A stretch of DNA of 64,000 nucleotides. It comes from Candidatus Hydrothermus pacificus (GTDB lineage Bacteria; Hydrothermota; Hydrothermia; Hydrothermales; Hydrothermaceae). Positions 30,459 through 40,875 of this stretch are shown in pieces (within the stretch, counting starts at the first letter, position 1; each line of letters starts with the position of its first letter). Position numbers and translations under genes: made by a program. The stretch is taken from the NCBI GenBank assembly GCA_002011615.1, contig MTOH01000006.1, positions 18,036 through 82,035 on the forward strand, read 5' to 3'. The notes under the pieces are model-generated. The model was not told the origin of the DNA, searched no databases, and worked only from the letters and a program-made list of their open reading frames with translations.

Positions 30459-30716
30459 TCATTTCCTCATCTTTTGCAAAACTTCTTTATATTTATCAAA
30501 ATCTTTTCTTTTGAGATATCTCAGAAATCTTCTTCTTCTTCCAACAAGCTTTATAAGTCCATATCTTGAATGAATGTCTTTTTTGTGCTTTTTCAGATGC
30601 ATTGTTATATCTTTTATCCTTTGTGTAAGGATAGCTATCTGAACCTCTACAGAGCCTGTATCCTTCTCATGTGCTCTGAATTTTTCAATTATATTTTGTT
30701 TAACTGTTTTTTCCAT
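30459..30716 (-). CDS. rpsO: 30S ribosomal protein uS15
   Basis: DTGSVEVQIAILT, HKKDIHSRYGL. Confidence 0.98.
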   Translation of the reverse strand: MEKTVKQNIIEKFRAHEKDTGSVEVQIAILTQRIKDITMHLKKHKKDIHSRYGLIKLVGRRRRFLRYLKRKDFDKYKEVLQKMRK

Positions 30717-31614
30717 GAGTTACCTCCTTTATTTTCCTCACATCTTCTTCTATTTGCATCTTAAGGGATTGGATTTTCTTAAATCTTTTACTTTCCCTTA
30801 AAAATTTTTTGAATTTAATTTTTATTTCTTCACCGTACAGGTCTCCATCAAAATCCAGAATATAAGCCTCTATAATTCTCTCACTTCCACCCAGCGTAGG
30901 ACTTTTGCCCACATTAATAGCAGATATATAAGTCTTATTCTCCAGATTAAGCTCACCCATATAAACCCCCTTTCGAGGCAAAATTTTTACCTCTGGAACC
31001 TCAATATTCACTGTTGGAAACCCGATTTTTCTTCCTATTCTCTTACCACAGGCTACTTTGCCTTTTAACTCATAAAATCTTCCTGTAAATTTTTTAAACT
31101 CTTCCATTTTCCCTTTTTTCAAAGCCCTTCTTAAAGAGGAACTTGATATCTTCCTGTTACCCTCTTTTTCATAGGGAAGAAGAACTAATATTATATTGTT
31201 TTGAATGCAAAATTTCCATAAAGAGGGTGTATTACCCTGAGCCCTTTTTCCAAAAGTATGGTCAGGTCCTGCAACCCATACACAAGGTTTAAATTTATTA
31301 TTAATTATTCTTAGGAACTTTCCATAAGGAAGATTCCTGAGATTTTCATCAAATTTTAAGAATACAAGAAAATCAATATCAAACTCTTTTATTATACAAA
31401 TCTTCTCATTCTCATCGGTCAGGACAAAATCCTTCTTTCCCTCGATAAAGACTCTGGGATGGGGAGAAAAGGTAATTAACATAGAGGGTTTTTCCCTTTC
31501 AAGTTCTTCAATTATTCTGATATGTCCCTTATGAAGCCCATCAAAACTGCCCACACTGATGGACCTGACCCTGCACTTTTCAATATCCTTTAAACTGGTG
31601 AAAATAACTTTCAT
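30700..31614 (-). CDS. ribF: Bifunctional riboflavin kinase/FAD synthetase
   Basis: GSFDGLHKGH, TFSPHP, ISSS, GRKIGFPTVN, DFDGDLYG. Confidence 0.95.
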   Translation of the reverse strand: MKVIFTSLKDIEKCRVRSISVGSFDGLHKGHIRIIEELEREKPSMLITFSPHPRVFIEGKKDFVLTDENEKICIIKEFDIDFLVFLKFDENLRNLPYGKFLRIINNKFKPCVWVAGPDHTFGKRAQGNTPSLWKFCIQNNIILVLLPYEKEGNRKISSSSLRRALKKGKMEEFKKFTGRFYELKGKVACGKRIGRKIGFPTVNIEVPEVKILPRKGVYMGELNLENKTYISAINVGKSPTLGGSERIIEAYILDFDGDLYGEEIKIKFKKFLRESKRFKKIQSLKMQIEEDVRKIKEVTHGKNS

Positions 31615-32489
31615 TCTTTGAAGATGATTTTCTTGGGTAAAAGTTTGTTACCGGAAATCTGACCCACTCCTATAAAACTACCCCTGTTATCATAAACCCT
31701 TACAAAAGACAGCTGTCTTACCCCGTGGGAAAATTTCATAAAAGAACTTGTTCTCAATGTACTACCTTTTTTAAAATTCTCGGTCCCTTTTTCTTTTAAA
31801 TAAATTTCAGGAAAATGTAAAATACCATAATCAACAGGGAGAATTTCTTTTTCAATATTTTTTTCTTTTTCTGTCACAGCCTCTTTTATTGAAAAATGAC
31901 CAACTCTTTCTCTTATAAGTTCTTCAACAATACCCACAGTCCCTATTTTTTCTCCTATATCCTTTGCCAGTGTCCTTATATAAGTTCCTTTTGAGCACTT
32001 TACTCTCACCTTACATTTAGGCATTGAAAACTCAAGAAGTTCTATCTCTCTTATAAAAACCTTTTTAGGTTTTGCCTGAAGTAAAATTCCCTCCTTTGCA
32101 AACTCATAAAGTCTTTTCCCTTTTCTTTTTACGGCTGAAAAAGGAGGAGGAATCTGTTCAATAAATCCCTCAAATTCTTTTAAAATTTTCACAAAATATT
32201 CTCTTTTTATATCTGGAACCTCTTTTTTTAGAATCACCTCTCCTGTGATATCCCAGCTGTCAGTTAAAATCCCAAACATTATATCAGCAACGTAAACCTT
32301 TTCAAGTTCCATGACAAAAGACAGCAGTCTTGTTGCCCTGCCAAGTCCAACGACAACAACACCTGAAGCGTTGGGGTCAAGATTACCTGCATGACCCATC
32401 TTCTTTTCCTTTATCTTGTCCTTGAGAAATCTTATACAGTCATAAGTTGTCCATCCCTTAGGCTTGTTGAAATTAATGAAGCCATCCAT
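31611..32489 (-). CDS. truB: tRNA pseudouridine(55) synthase
   Basis: NKPKGWTT, GHAGNLDP, QIPPPFSAVK, CSKGTYIRTL. Confidence 0.96.
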   Translation of the reverse strand: MDGFINFNKPKGWTTYDCIRFLKDKIKEKKMGHAGNLDPNASGVVVVGLGRATRLLSFVMELEKVYVADIMFGILTDSWDITGEVILKKEVPDIKREYFVKILKEFEGFIEQIPPPFSAVKRKGKRLYEFAKEGILLQAKPKKVFIREIELLEFSMPKCKVRVKCSKGTYIRTLAKDIGEKIGTVGIVEELIRERVGHFSIKEAVTEKEKNIEKEILPVDYGILHFPEIYLKEKGTENFKKGSTLRTSSFMKFSHGVRQLSFVRVYDNRGSFIGVGQISGNKLLPKKIIFKE

Positions 32490-32790
32490 CTTTCTCTTCT
32501 TCCTTGACTTTCCTGAATTTAATTTGCGGTATTTCCCTTATAAAGACCTTTTTTGATATTTTTCTTCTTATGTATCCCTTTGCTCTATCCAGGGCTTCTC
32601 TTATTTCTCTGTCTTCCTTATCTCTTAGAAAGGAATAATAAACTGTTGCCCATTTCAAATCATCTGAAACCTCTACCTTCAAAACCCATATATCTCTCAG
32701 CCTCGGGTCATTTATCTCCTCTCTGAAAATTTCTGATATTACCTCAAGCAAAAGAGGACCTATTCTCTGGCTTCTTTTATAAGGTTTCAT
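32473..32790 (-). CDS. rbfA: Ribosome-binding factor A
   Basis: INDPRL, VEVSDDLKWATVY, AKGYIR, PQIKF; ATG 32790 preferred. Confidence 0.92.
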   Translation of the reverse strand: MKPYKRSQRIGPLLLEVISEIFREEINDPRLRDIWVLKVEVSDDLKWATVYYSFLRDKEDREIREALDRAKGYIRRKISKKVFIREIPQIKFRKVKEEEKDGWLH

Positions 32791-32791
32791 A

Positions 32792-33073
32792 TTAAAAATA
32801 TTCCTTTTTAAAGTCGAGTATCTCAAAATCAGGGTTATCCTTTAAAAAATCAAATATTTTCTGGACTCTGGAATTTAAGAAGTGTGTATCCTTACCTGCA
32901 AGTGCAATTATAAATTTACTCCTCTGCCACATGTTTTCATAATCAACTTCTGCAATTGATATTTTAAAATTATTCTGCAGACTATCTTTTATGCTCTTAA
33001 CCACTTTTCTTTTATCTTTCAGACTTCTACAATAGGGAAGAAAAATTTCAAAGACGATTTTACCCGCTATCAT
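32792..33073 (-). CDS. DUF503 (YlxP) family protein
   Basis: SLKDKRKVVKSI...FKISIAEVD...WQR; lies between infB and rbfA. Confidence 0.88.
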   Translation of the reverse strand: MIAGKIVFEIFLPYCRSLKDKRKVVKSIKDSLQNNFKISIAEVDYENMWQRSKFIIALAGKDTHFLNSRVQKIFDFLKDNPDFEILDFKKEYF

Positions 33074-35337
33074 TCAAGTTTCTTTTCAACCTTTATTTCT
33101 CTGTAACACTCTATCACGTCACCTTCTCTTATCTGATCAAAATCTTTAATCTTAATACCACATTCATAACCTTCAGCCACTTCTCTAACATCCTCCTTAA
33201 ATCTTTTAAGAGACTCAATCTCACCTTCAAAAACAATCTTGCCTTCTCTTACGAGTTTAACTCTGGAATCCCTTGTAATTTTACCTTTTATAACCATACA
33301 TCCTGCAATTCTACCAACCTTTGATATTCTGAACACCCTTCTTATTTCAACTTCTCCTGTTTTTTCGAGTTTTACTTCAGGTTCAAGTAGGCCCTCCAGT
33401 AATTTTCTCACATCATCTATCACCTCATATATAACACGGTATTCCTTTATTAAAACACCTTCCCTTTTTGACGCTTCTTTTGCTTTAAAGTCAATGCCTG
33501 TGTTGAATGCTATGATTATTCCTTTTGCTGCTGAAGCGAGAAGAACATCCGATTCAGTAACAATACCAACCCCTTTATGCACAATAAGACTTCTCACTTC
33601 TTCATATTCAAGTTTTGACAGAATATCTGAGAGGGCATCCGCAGAACCCTGACAATCAGCCTTTATTATCAGGGGAAGTTCTTTTAATTCACCTTTTCTT
33701 ATTTTTTCCTGTATGTCGGTAAGAGCTCTGTAAAGTTCCCCCCTTGCAATCTGTTCTTTTTTTAATAGCTTTTTCTCTTCAGCAACTTTTTTTGCCTCTT
33801 TCTCATCTCCAAAGGAAATCAGCATATCTCCTGCTTCAGGCAATTCCTCAAGTCCCTGAATCTGAACCGGTGTTGAAGGTGGCGCTTCAAAAACTTTCTC
33901 TCCCCACTCGTTGTACATTGCCCTTACTCTTCCACAGGTGCTTCCAGCAACCACAAAATCACCCACCTTTAAAATGCCTGCCTGAACTATAACCGATGCA
34001 AGAGGACCTTTACCCCTATCAAGTCTGGACTCAAGTATAACTCCTCTCGCACTGGTATCAACAGATGCAAACAGTTCCATCTCCTCTGCCTTAACCAGAA
34101 TTGCATCAAGAAGCTCTTCAATTCCTTCGCCTGTTATTGCAGAAACATTGACCGTCATCGTATCACCACCCCAGTCCTCGGGAACAAGGCTGGAATCCGC
34201 AAGCTGTCTTTTGACAACTTCTGGGTTTGCATTGGGTAGGTCAATTTTATTAATAGCCACTATTATAGGAACTTTCGCAGCTTTTGCATGAGAAATTGCC
34301 TCCTTTGTCTGCTCTTTTATTCCCTCATTGGCTGCTACAACAAGAACCACTATATCAGTCACCTGGGCACCTCTTGCTCTTAAAGCAGTAAAAGCCTCAT
34401 GACCCGGTGTATCTATGAAGGTTATTTTTTCGTCATGATGTTTCACCTGGTACGCACCTATGTGCTGAGTTATTTTCCCATACTCCTTAGAAGCCACATC
34501 GGTTTTTCTAACATAATCCAGAATAGTGGTTTTACCATGATCTACATGTCCCATAACCGTAACTACAGGTGGTCTTTTGACAAGTCTGCCTTCTTGTCTT
34601 TCTTCCTTTTTCTCTTCCAGTTCCACAAGTTTTGCCTCATAGCCAAAATCTTCTGCTACAATAGAAATAGTATCCACATCAATGATCTGATTCATGGAAA
34701 CAAAAAGTCCCATGTTTATGCACTTGTGAATAATTGCACTGGGAGGAACTGCAAGCATTTTTGCGAGTTCGGCAACAGTCAAGGGACCCGAAATCTTTAA
34801 TACTTTCTTTTTTTCCTCAACAATTTTTTTACTCTCTGAGTCCTTTTTGTGCTTCTTCTTTACCTTTACTCCTCTTTCTATAATTGCCATTGTCTTTTTT
34901 ATCTTTTCCTGGACTTTCTTATCATCAAATTTTTTAACCTTTTCTTTTTCTTCTTTCTCTTCGGTCTTTATACCCAGGATTTCCCTTTTCCTTTTTAAAC
35001 TTTCCTCCTCCTTTTTCTTTTCCTCCTCAAGCTTCCTCTTTATCTTCTCTTCAACTTCTTTCTCCACTACGCTTCTTATAGATTTTACCGGGTAACCCTC
35101 TTTCCTCAATAGCTCTTTCAAAGCCTTTGAAGAAAGACCCAGTTCCTCAGCCAGCTTTATAACACTCCTACCTTCCTTTTTTATCTCTTTTTTGCCTGTC
35201 TTCTTTTTAGTTTTAACAGTTTTTTTTGCTTTTGTTTTTTTTCTGACTTCTGATTTCCCTTTAGCCTTTACTTTTGATTTTGTCTTCGATGCTGGTTTAT
35301 CTTTTTTCTTGGTTTTTTTCTCTGTCTTTTTTTTCAT
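33070..35337 (-). CDS. infB: Translation initiation factor IF-2
   Basis: RPPVVTVMGHVDHGKTT, DTPGHEAF, NKID, EGYECG. Confidence 0.98.
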   Translation of the reverse strand: MKKKTEKKTKKKDKPASKTKSKVKAKGKSEVRKKTKAKKTVKTKKKTGKKEIKKEGRSVIKLAEELGLSSKALKELLRKEGYPVKSIRSVVEKEVEEKIKRKLEEEKKKEEESLKRKREILGIKTEEKEEKEKVKKFDDKKVQEKIKKTMAIIERGVKVKKKHKKDSESKKIVEEKKKVLKISGPLTVAELAKMLAVPPSAIIHKCINMGLFVSMNQIIDVDTISIVAEDFGYEAKLVELEEKKEERQEGRLVKRPPVVTVMGHVDHGKTTILDYVRKTDVASKEYGKITQHIGAYQVKHHDEKITFIDTPGHEAFTALRARGAQVTDIVVLVVAANEGIKEQTKEAISHAKAAKVPIIVAINKIDLPNANPEVVKRQLADSSLVPEDWGGDTMTVNVSAITGEGIEELLDAILVKAEEMELFASVDTSARGVILESRLDRGKGPLASVIVQAGILKVGDFVVAGSTCGRVRAMYNEWGEKVFEAPPSTPVQIQGLEELPEAGDMLISFGDEKEAKKVAEEKKLLKKEQIARGELYRALTDIQEKIRKGELKELPLIIKADCQGSADALSDILSKLEYEEVRSLIVHKGVGIVTESDVLLASAAKGIIIAFNTGIDFKAKEASKREGVLIKEYRVIYEVIDDVRKLLEGLLEPEVKLEKTGEVEIRRVFRISKVGRIAGCMVIKGKITRDSRVKLVREGKIVFEGEIESLKRFKEDVREVAEGYECGIKIKDFDQIREGDVIECYREIKVEKKLE

Positions 35338-35354
35338 TTATTCTCTCTTTCTTT

Positions 35355-36575
35355 TCATTCAAACAGGGTTTTATTTTCCTCAATTATTTTATCAATTTCG
35401 CTTTCATCGGCTATAAGCTTTGCACTTTTTAACCTGCCAATTAATTCTTCAATAGAAAAAACCCCGTCAACTTCCTTCGCAAGAATCGCTTTTGTTTCGT
35501 GATCAAGATTGAGTTTCTCAACAGGCACTTTTTTCTTCCCGTCATACTCACTTTGAGAAAGAACCCATATTTCTTTACCAACAAGTTTGGACGCGAGTAA
35601 AACATTTTGAGAGGCGGTTCCTTTTGCAACCCTTATTTCCTCATCAGGGACAACCGCTGTAATTTTGTCTTCTTCAATATTAACATTAACAGGATGTGCA
35701 GGAGAGAGTGCCCTTGCTGCAAAGGTAAGCATATCAGGGTCCCACTTTATTACATCTATTCTTTCGCCTGACAGTTCTTTTGTAACTGATTGAATTCTCG
35801 TGCCCTTAATTCCCACACAGGCTCCAAGAGGGTCAATCTTTTCATCTTTAGAATGGACTGCAACCTTTGCTCTTTCACCAGGAAATCTCGCTATACCTTT
35901 TATTTCTATTATTCCCTCCATGAGTTCAGGAACTTCCAGTTCCATAAGTTTTTTTAAAAAATCAGGGTGGGTTCTTGAAAGCTTAACAAAGGGTCTTTTA
36001 CCTTTTGTATCTATTTCCAGAATAATTGCTCTTATGTTCTGTCCGGGTCTGTATCTTTCTTTTTTTATCTGTTCCTCAGGAGGTAAAAAACCTTCAACCT
36101 TTCCAAGACCCACATATATTCCTGTTTTATCAACCTTCTGAACCATCCCGGTTATTATTTCTCCAACCCTCTCTTCAAAGCCTTTGTATATGTGCTGCTT
36201 TTCAGCCTCCTGTATTTTTTGAAGAAAGATCTGTCTCATCCTTAATATAACACTTCTCCCTATTTCGCTTTTAAGGTCTACAGGCACCTTTATCCTGACA
36301 CCAGGAACAGCAAGAGGATAATATTCTCTCGCCAGATCAAGTTTTATCTGATATCTGTGGTCATCAATCTCCTTCACAACTTCTTTTTCAACCTTCATAT
36401 CTATTTTACCTGTTTTTGCATCAATTTCAACCTCTATGGGGTAATCCGGATCCCTGTATACTCTTCTTATAGCAAAAACAAAGGACTCCCTTAAAGAACT
36501 CACAACAAATTCTCTGTCAAGCCCTCTTGTTCTTGTAATTTGGTCTATTAACTCTTTAATTTCAAAACTTTCCAT
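35355..36575 (-). CDS. nusA: Transcription elongation factor NusA
   Basis: S1 and KH domains, SRTHP, ARFPGERAKVAV, DPLGACVG; ATG 36575 preferred. Confidence 0.96.
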   Translation of the reverse strand: MESFEIKELIDQITRTRGLDREFVVSSLRESFVFAIRRVYRDPDYPIEVEIDAKTGKIDMKVEKEVVKEIDDHRYQIKLDLAREYYPLAVPGVRIKVPVDLKSEIGRSVILRMRQIFLQKIQEAEKQHIYKGFEERVGEIITGMVQKVDKTGIYVGLGKVEGFLPPEEQIKKERYRPGQNIRAIILEIDTKGKRPFVKLSRTHPDFLKKLMELEVPELMEGIIEIKGIARFPGERAKVAVHSKDEKIDPLGACVGIKGTRIQSVTKELSGERIDVIKWDPDMLTFAARALSPAHPVNVNIEEDKITAVVPDEEIRVAKGTASQNVLLASKLVGKEIWVLSQSEYDGKKKVPVEKLNLDHETKAILAKEVDGVFSIEELIGRLKSAKLIADESEIDKIIEENKTLFE

Positions 36576-37032
36576 TTTTATCCCACTCCGTAAGCTGTGT
36601 TTTTTTAATTTCACTGAAATTTATGTAAATAAGGTTATCTTCTCTTTCAAGGGTTATCTTATTATCATTTACATCAACAAGGGTTCCTGTCTCTTCTTTA
36701 CCTTCATTACAAACAACTCTCACATGCTTGCCTTTCGCCCATTCAAATTCCCTCTTTTTTCTGAGAACTCTATCAAGCCCGGGTGATGAAACTTCAAGAA
36801 TATAATCCAGTGGAATTGATTTCAAATAAAGGAGTTCTGATATTTCTTCGGCCAGTTTTTTAGTGTCTTTAACAGTTATACCTGAGGGTGAATCAACAAA
36901 AATTTCTATTTTACCTTTTCTACCCCTTCCCTTCCAGTTTATATCCACAAGTATGTAACCTTCTTCTTTTAAAAAGGGCTCAATAATCTCTTCTATCTTT
37001 TTTTCAATTTCTTCTTTTTCAAAGGTTTCCAT
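36562..37032 (-). CDS. rimP: Ribosome maturation factor RimP
   Basis: YILEVSSPGLDR; upstream of nusA. Confidence 0.93.
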   Translation of the reverse strand: METFEKEEIEKKIEEIIEPFLKEEGYILVDINWKGRGRKGKIEIFVDSPSGITVKDTKKLAEEISELLYLKSIPLDYILEVSSPGLDRVLRKKREFEWAKGKHVRVVCNEGKEETGTLVDVNDNKITLEREDNLIYINFSEIKKTQLTEWDKNGKF

Positions 37033-38737
37033 TTTTCAAAAGTTCTCCTTTAATATTTTGAATTTTATCATAAATTTCATTCCCATCTGTCTCAATACTT
37101 TCCTTTGTTTTTCTCACTCTGATTTCAAAAAGGTTTTTTTCCATAAACTTCCTTCCGATTGTTATTCTTAATGGAATTCCCAGAAGATCAGCATCTTTAA
37201 ATTTAACTCCGGGAGTTTCATCTCTGTCATCCATTAAAACCTCTTCGCCTTTCTGGACAAGCTTTTTATAAAGCCTATCGGCTTCATCTTTTATTCTGCC
37301 CCTCATTTCAAGAGGAAGAATATGTATGTCAAAAGGCGCGATTGATAAAGGCCAGACCATACCGTCTTCGTCAGCATATAACTCCTGGGCAGCAGCCATT
37401 ATTCTTCCAAGTCCTATACCATAACTACCCATTATAACAGGTTTTAATTGCCCATCTTTATCAGCATAATACACATCCATTGTCTCAGAGTATCTTGTTC
37501 CAAGCTTGAATATGTGACCAAGTTCTATTGCGTTTTTTATTTCAAGTGGTGATTTACATTTAGGACAAAGGTCACCCTGCTTAACCTTCCTTATATCAGC
37601 AAATTTCTTGACTTCAAAGTCAACCCCGGGAGTAACTCCTACAATATGGTAATTGTCTTCATTTGCACCAACCACACCGTTTTTAATACCCTTAACAGAG
37701 TAATCTCCCACTATTTCATCCACATTAATTTCCAGAGGACCGACAAAGCCTGCAGAAACCCCGAATTCTTCCAGAATTTCTCCAGATTCAAAAATTCTAA
37801 CTTCTCCTCCAAGAACCCTTGCAAGCTTTGCTTCATTTATCTCACAATCCCCTCTTACCAGGGCAAGGACTTTCTTTCCGTTTCTTTTAAACAGTATACT
37901 CTTTATTATCTCTCTGGATGTAACACCGAGAAATTCAGAAACTTCCTGAACACTCCTCACATCAGGGGTATGAATTTTCTCTTTACTTTTATACTTACCT
38001 TCGATTTCCTCATTCATCGGGTATGCCTCTGCTATTTCAAGGTTCGCTGAATAAGAACATTCATGGCATATTGCAAGAGAATCTTCTCCAGATGATGACT
38101 CTACCATAAATTCATGGGATTCCTTACCACCCATAACCCCTGTTGATGCTTCAACAATATTAAATACAAGACCACATCTTTTAAAAATTTTGGAATAAGC
38201 ATCGTAGTGAAGTTCATAACTCTTATCAAGTTCCTCCCATGTTGCATCAAGAGAATAGGAATCTTTCATTGCAAATTCTCTGCATCTTAAAAGCCCTGCT
38301 CTGGGTCTTGGTTCGTCTCTGAATTTTGTCTGAATCTGATACCATATCTGGGGCAAATCTTTATAGGACCTTATTTCTTTCTTTATTAATTCTGAAACAA
38401 CCTCTTCATGGGTGGGGGCAAGAGATAAGTCTCTACTCTTTCTATCCTTTAATCTGAACATATCGTCTCCAAAAGATATCCATCTACCTGATAATTCCCA
38501 TAACTCCCTGGGAATTAAAGAGGGATAATAGAATTCCTGTGCACCAATTCTTTCCATTTCTTCCCTTATTATCTGTGATACTTTTTTAAACACTCTCCAC
38601 CCAAGAGGCAAAAATGCATAAACTCCTGATGCAACCTGTCTTATAAAACCACCTTTTAAAAGTAGAATATGACTCTTTATATCTCCTTCCCTGGGAATTT
38701 CTCTCAAAGTTGGTATAAAACTCTTTCTCCACTTCAT
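37019..38737 (-). CDS. proS: Proline--tRNA ligase (with editing domain)
   Basis: LAPTHEE, KFRDEPRPRAG, EFAMKDSYS, IELGHIFKLG, MGSYGIG. Confidence 0.98.
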   Translation of the reverse strand: MKWRKSFIPTLREIPREGDIKSHILLLKGGFIRQVASGVYAFLPLGWRVFKKVSQIIREEMERIGAQEFYYPSLIPRELWELSGRWISFGDDMFRLKDRKSRDLSLAPTHEEVVSELIKKEIRSYKDLPQIWYQIQTKFRDEPRPRAGLLRCREFAMKDSYSLDATWEELDKSYELHYDAYSKIFKRCGLVFNIVEASTGVMGGKESHEFMVESSSGEDSLAICHECSYSANLEIAEAYPMNEEIEGKYKSKEKIHTPDVRSVQEVSEFLGVTSREIIKSILFKRNGKKVLALVRGDCEINEAKLARVLGGEVRIFESGEILEEFGVSAGFVGPLEINVDEIVGDYSVKGIKNGVVGANEDNYHIVGVTPGVDFEVKKFADIRKVKQGDLCPKCKSPLEIKNAIELGHIFKLGTRYSETMDVYYADKDGQLKPVIMGSYGIGLGRIMAAAQELYADEDGMVWPLSIAPFDIHILPLEMRGRIKDEADRLYKKLVQKGEEVLMDDRDETPGVKFKDADLLGIPLRITIGRKFMEKNLFEIRVRKTKESIETDGNEIYDKIQNIKGELLKNGNL

Positions 38738-38791
38738 AGTTTTTTATTTTAATTGATAAGGGGTTCTAAAATCAACAGGATTACTATTGTT

Positions 38792-39955
38792 TCAGGATAT
38801 ATAGCTTAAATCATAGCTCTCAGTGTATATTCTTCTTATGTTTTCAATCTCAATCTTATCAAGACCAAAATTGGGAAATTTCTCAGTTAAAAGTCCATAC
38901 TCTCTGACCATCCTGTCTATATCACTTCTTTCAACGCCATACTCTTTAATAGAAATCAAAAGACCTGTTTTTTCAAGATAGCTTTTGAAAAGTTCTTCTA
39001 TATCATCTATACCATATATGTTTTCAAACCTTTTTATATTTTCAGGAAATTTTTGTTTCATAACCCTTATAAAGGGAACAAGGAGCATTGCAAGACCCAC
39101 GGGATGAGAAATATTATCATAAAACCCTGATAAAACATGTTCGACCCAGTGCATCATTGCCGAACCTCCTATTCCTCTGGTGGGTATCCCACAAAGAGCA
39201 AGAGATGATATATAACACAGATTTACTCTTGCCTCTTTATCTGCTGGATTATTCTTAATTCTCAGGGTCATCTCCATTGCACCCTTTATAAGTAAAACTG
39301 CAAATCTATTGGGTATATAGCCTTCCTCTTCAGCAGAAAGAAAAGGCTCAAGCATGTGAGTTATCATATCAATTGAACCTGCTGCAAGATAGAAAAAAGA
39401 AAGGTGTTCTGTGAACTGAGGGTCAACAATTGATATCTGAGGATAGGTATAATCACTTCTGAAAAACCACTTCTTTTTTTCTCCGGAATGTGTAATTACT
39501 CCGCCGGGGTTGTATTCAGAACCTGATGCAGGTATGGTTGATACCAGAATTATTGGTAGGGCACCTCTCTCAGGTTCTCTCTGAAGCATCATATAATCCC
39601 ATATACTTCCTTTATTTTTCACTACAATTGCTATTCCTTTGGATGCGTCCATCACAGAACCACCACCAATACCAATTATAAAATCACAGCCCTGTTCCCT
39701 CGCAATCTCTGCACCTTGATCCACCTCATCAACTTTTGGATTTGGTGTAATATTATCATAATGAACAAAATCAATTACCTTTTCTCTCAAATTTGAAAAT
39801 ATCCTGTCAAGAAATCCCTTCTCCTTTAAAAATCTTTTACCCGTAACAAGAAACGCCTTTTTACCCAGCCCTCTGGCTTTTTCTCCGAGAATATCAATTG
39901 AATTGTATCCAAAATAGTATCTTGTCGGGAGATATAAAGAGAGATTTTTCATCAC
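38792..39955 (-). CDS. Iron-containing alcohol dehydrogenase (BdhA/YqhD-like)
   Basis: PNP, GGGSVMDASK, TIPASGSE, metal-binding D/H residues (DMITH, HWVEH, SHP). Confidence 0.9.
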   Translation of the reverse strand: MMKNLSLYLPTRYYFGYNSIDILGEKARGLGKKAFLVTGKRFLKEKGFLDRIFSNLREKVIDFVHYDNITPNPKVDEVDQGAEIAREQGCDFIIGIGGGSVMDASKGIAIVVKNKGSIWDYMMLQREPERGALPIILVSTIPASGSEYNPGGVITHSGEKKKWFFRSDYTYPQISIVDPQFTEHLSFFYLAAGSIDMITHMLEPFLSAEEEGYIPNRFAVLLIKGAMEMTLRIKNNPADKEARVNLCYISSLALCGIPTRGIGGSAMMHWVEHVLSGFYDNISHPVGLAMLLVPFIRVMKQKFPENIKRFENIYGIDDIEELFKSYLEKTGLLISIKEYGVERSDIDRMVREYGLLTEKFPNFGLDKIEIENIRRIYTESYDLSYIS

Positions 39956-40482
39956 CTTTCCTCCTTTTTAAGCATCTTTTTCAAAGCAGAAAGAGGGGTT
40001 TTAATCTCCATTTCACAATCACATTTTTCAGTATTTCTATTTTTGCCACATACAGGGCACAAACCCCTGCAATTTTCCTGACATAGAGGTTTCATGGGCA
40101 AAGCAAGCAAAATAAGTTCTCTTACAAGAGGAACAAGGTTCAGAACAGGCTCATTAAGATATATTGTATTTATATCATCTTCCTGTATCTCAACATCTCT
40201 TTTTTTCAAAAGTCTGTCTCTTCCTATTTTAATATAGTACTCACCTTTTTCTTCAAAGGTTCTGTTAAACCTCTCAAGGCACCTTGCACATTCGAGATTC
40301 ACCTTTGTCTTTACATTTAGTTTTAAAAAGTATTCCAGCCTTGACTTTGTTATAAATCCCCTCACTTCAAACTCTTTAACCACTATTCCTGATTTTTTTC
40401 TTATTTCAAGAATCTCACTTCTTTGCTTTCCAAAATCAAAACCTGTCTTTCCTTCTTTCAAATCTCTAATCTGTATTTCCAT
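39952..40482 (-). CDS. DUF177/YceD family protein
   Basis: CARCL, LALPMKPLCQENCRGLCPVCG...CDC. Confidence 0.92.
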   Translation of the reverse strand: MEIQIRDLKEGKTGFDFGKQRSEILEIRKKSGIVVKEFEVRGFITKSRLEYFLKLNVKTKVNLECARCLERFNRTFEEKGEYYIKIGRDRLLKKRDVEIQEDDINTIYLNEPVLNLVPLVRELILLALPMKPLCQENCRGLCPVCGKNRNTEKCDCEMEIKTPLSALKKMLKKEER

Positions 40483-40611
40483 AACAAACTCCTTTTTGAA
40501 ATAAATTTATTTTTTAATTTTACCATAAAATAATTCTTATTTACAAACGGTTTGCAAGAAACACGTGATTATTTCTTTTTTAACTGTTTTTACCGAATTA
40601 TCAAAAGACCT

Positions 40612-40782
40612 TCACTTTCCTGCAACCAATGTTAATTTTTCTGAGGAAACACTAAATTTTTCAGGGAGTAATTTCTAAAAACCATAAAATTTAAATTTTT
40701 TAAATCCCGAATTTCTCAAAAAATATATCCATTGCATGGGTGTGAATATGCGAAAATTGATACTTTTAATCTCCCCCTTCTC
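40612..40782 (-). pseudogene. Degraded C-terminal fragment resembling a class I SAM methyltransferase
   Basis: Manual translation EKGEIKSINFRIFTPMQWIYFLRNSGFKKFKFYGF*KLLPEKFSVSSEKLTLVAGK*; resemblance judged by eye only. Confidence 0.4.
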
Positions 40783-40875
40783 TTATAAATGTGTTATCTA
40801 TTCGGGTTAAATTTTTGACGAGATAATTAGAGAGTTTGATTTTTTTTACTCTAAAGTTTTATAATTATTCCTTTA

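Noticed and set aside
39952-40482. Missed rpmF (bL32) next to the DUF177 gene
   Set aside because: The downstream gene overlaps directly and is an alcohol dehydrogenase; no L32-like ORF was found.
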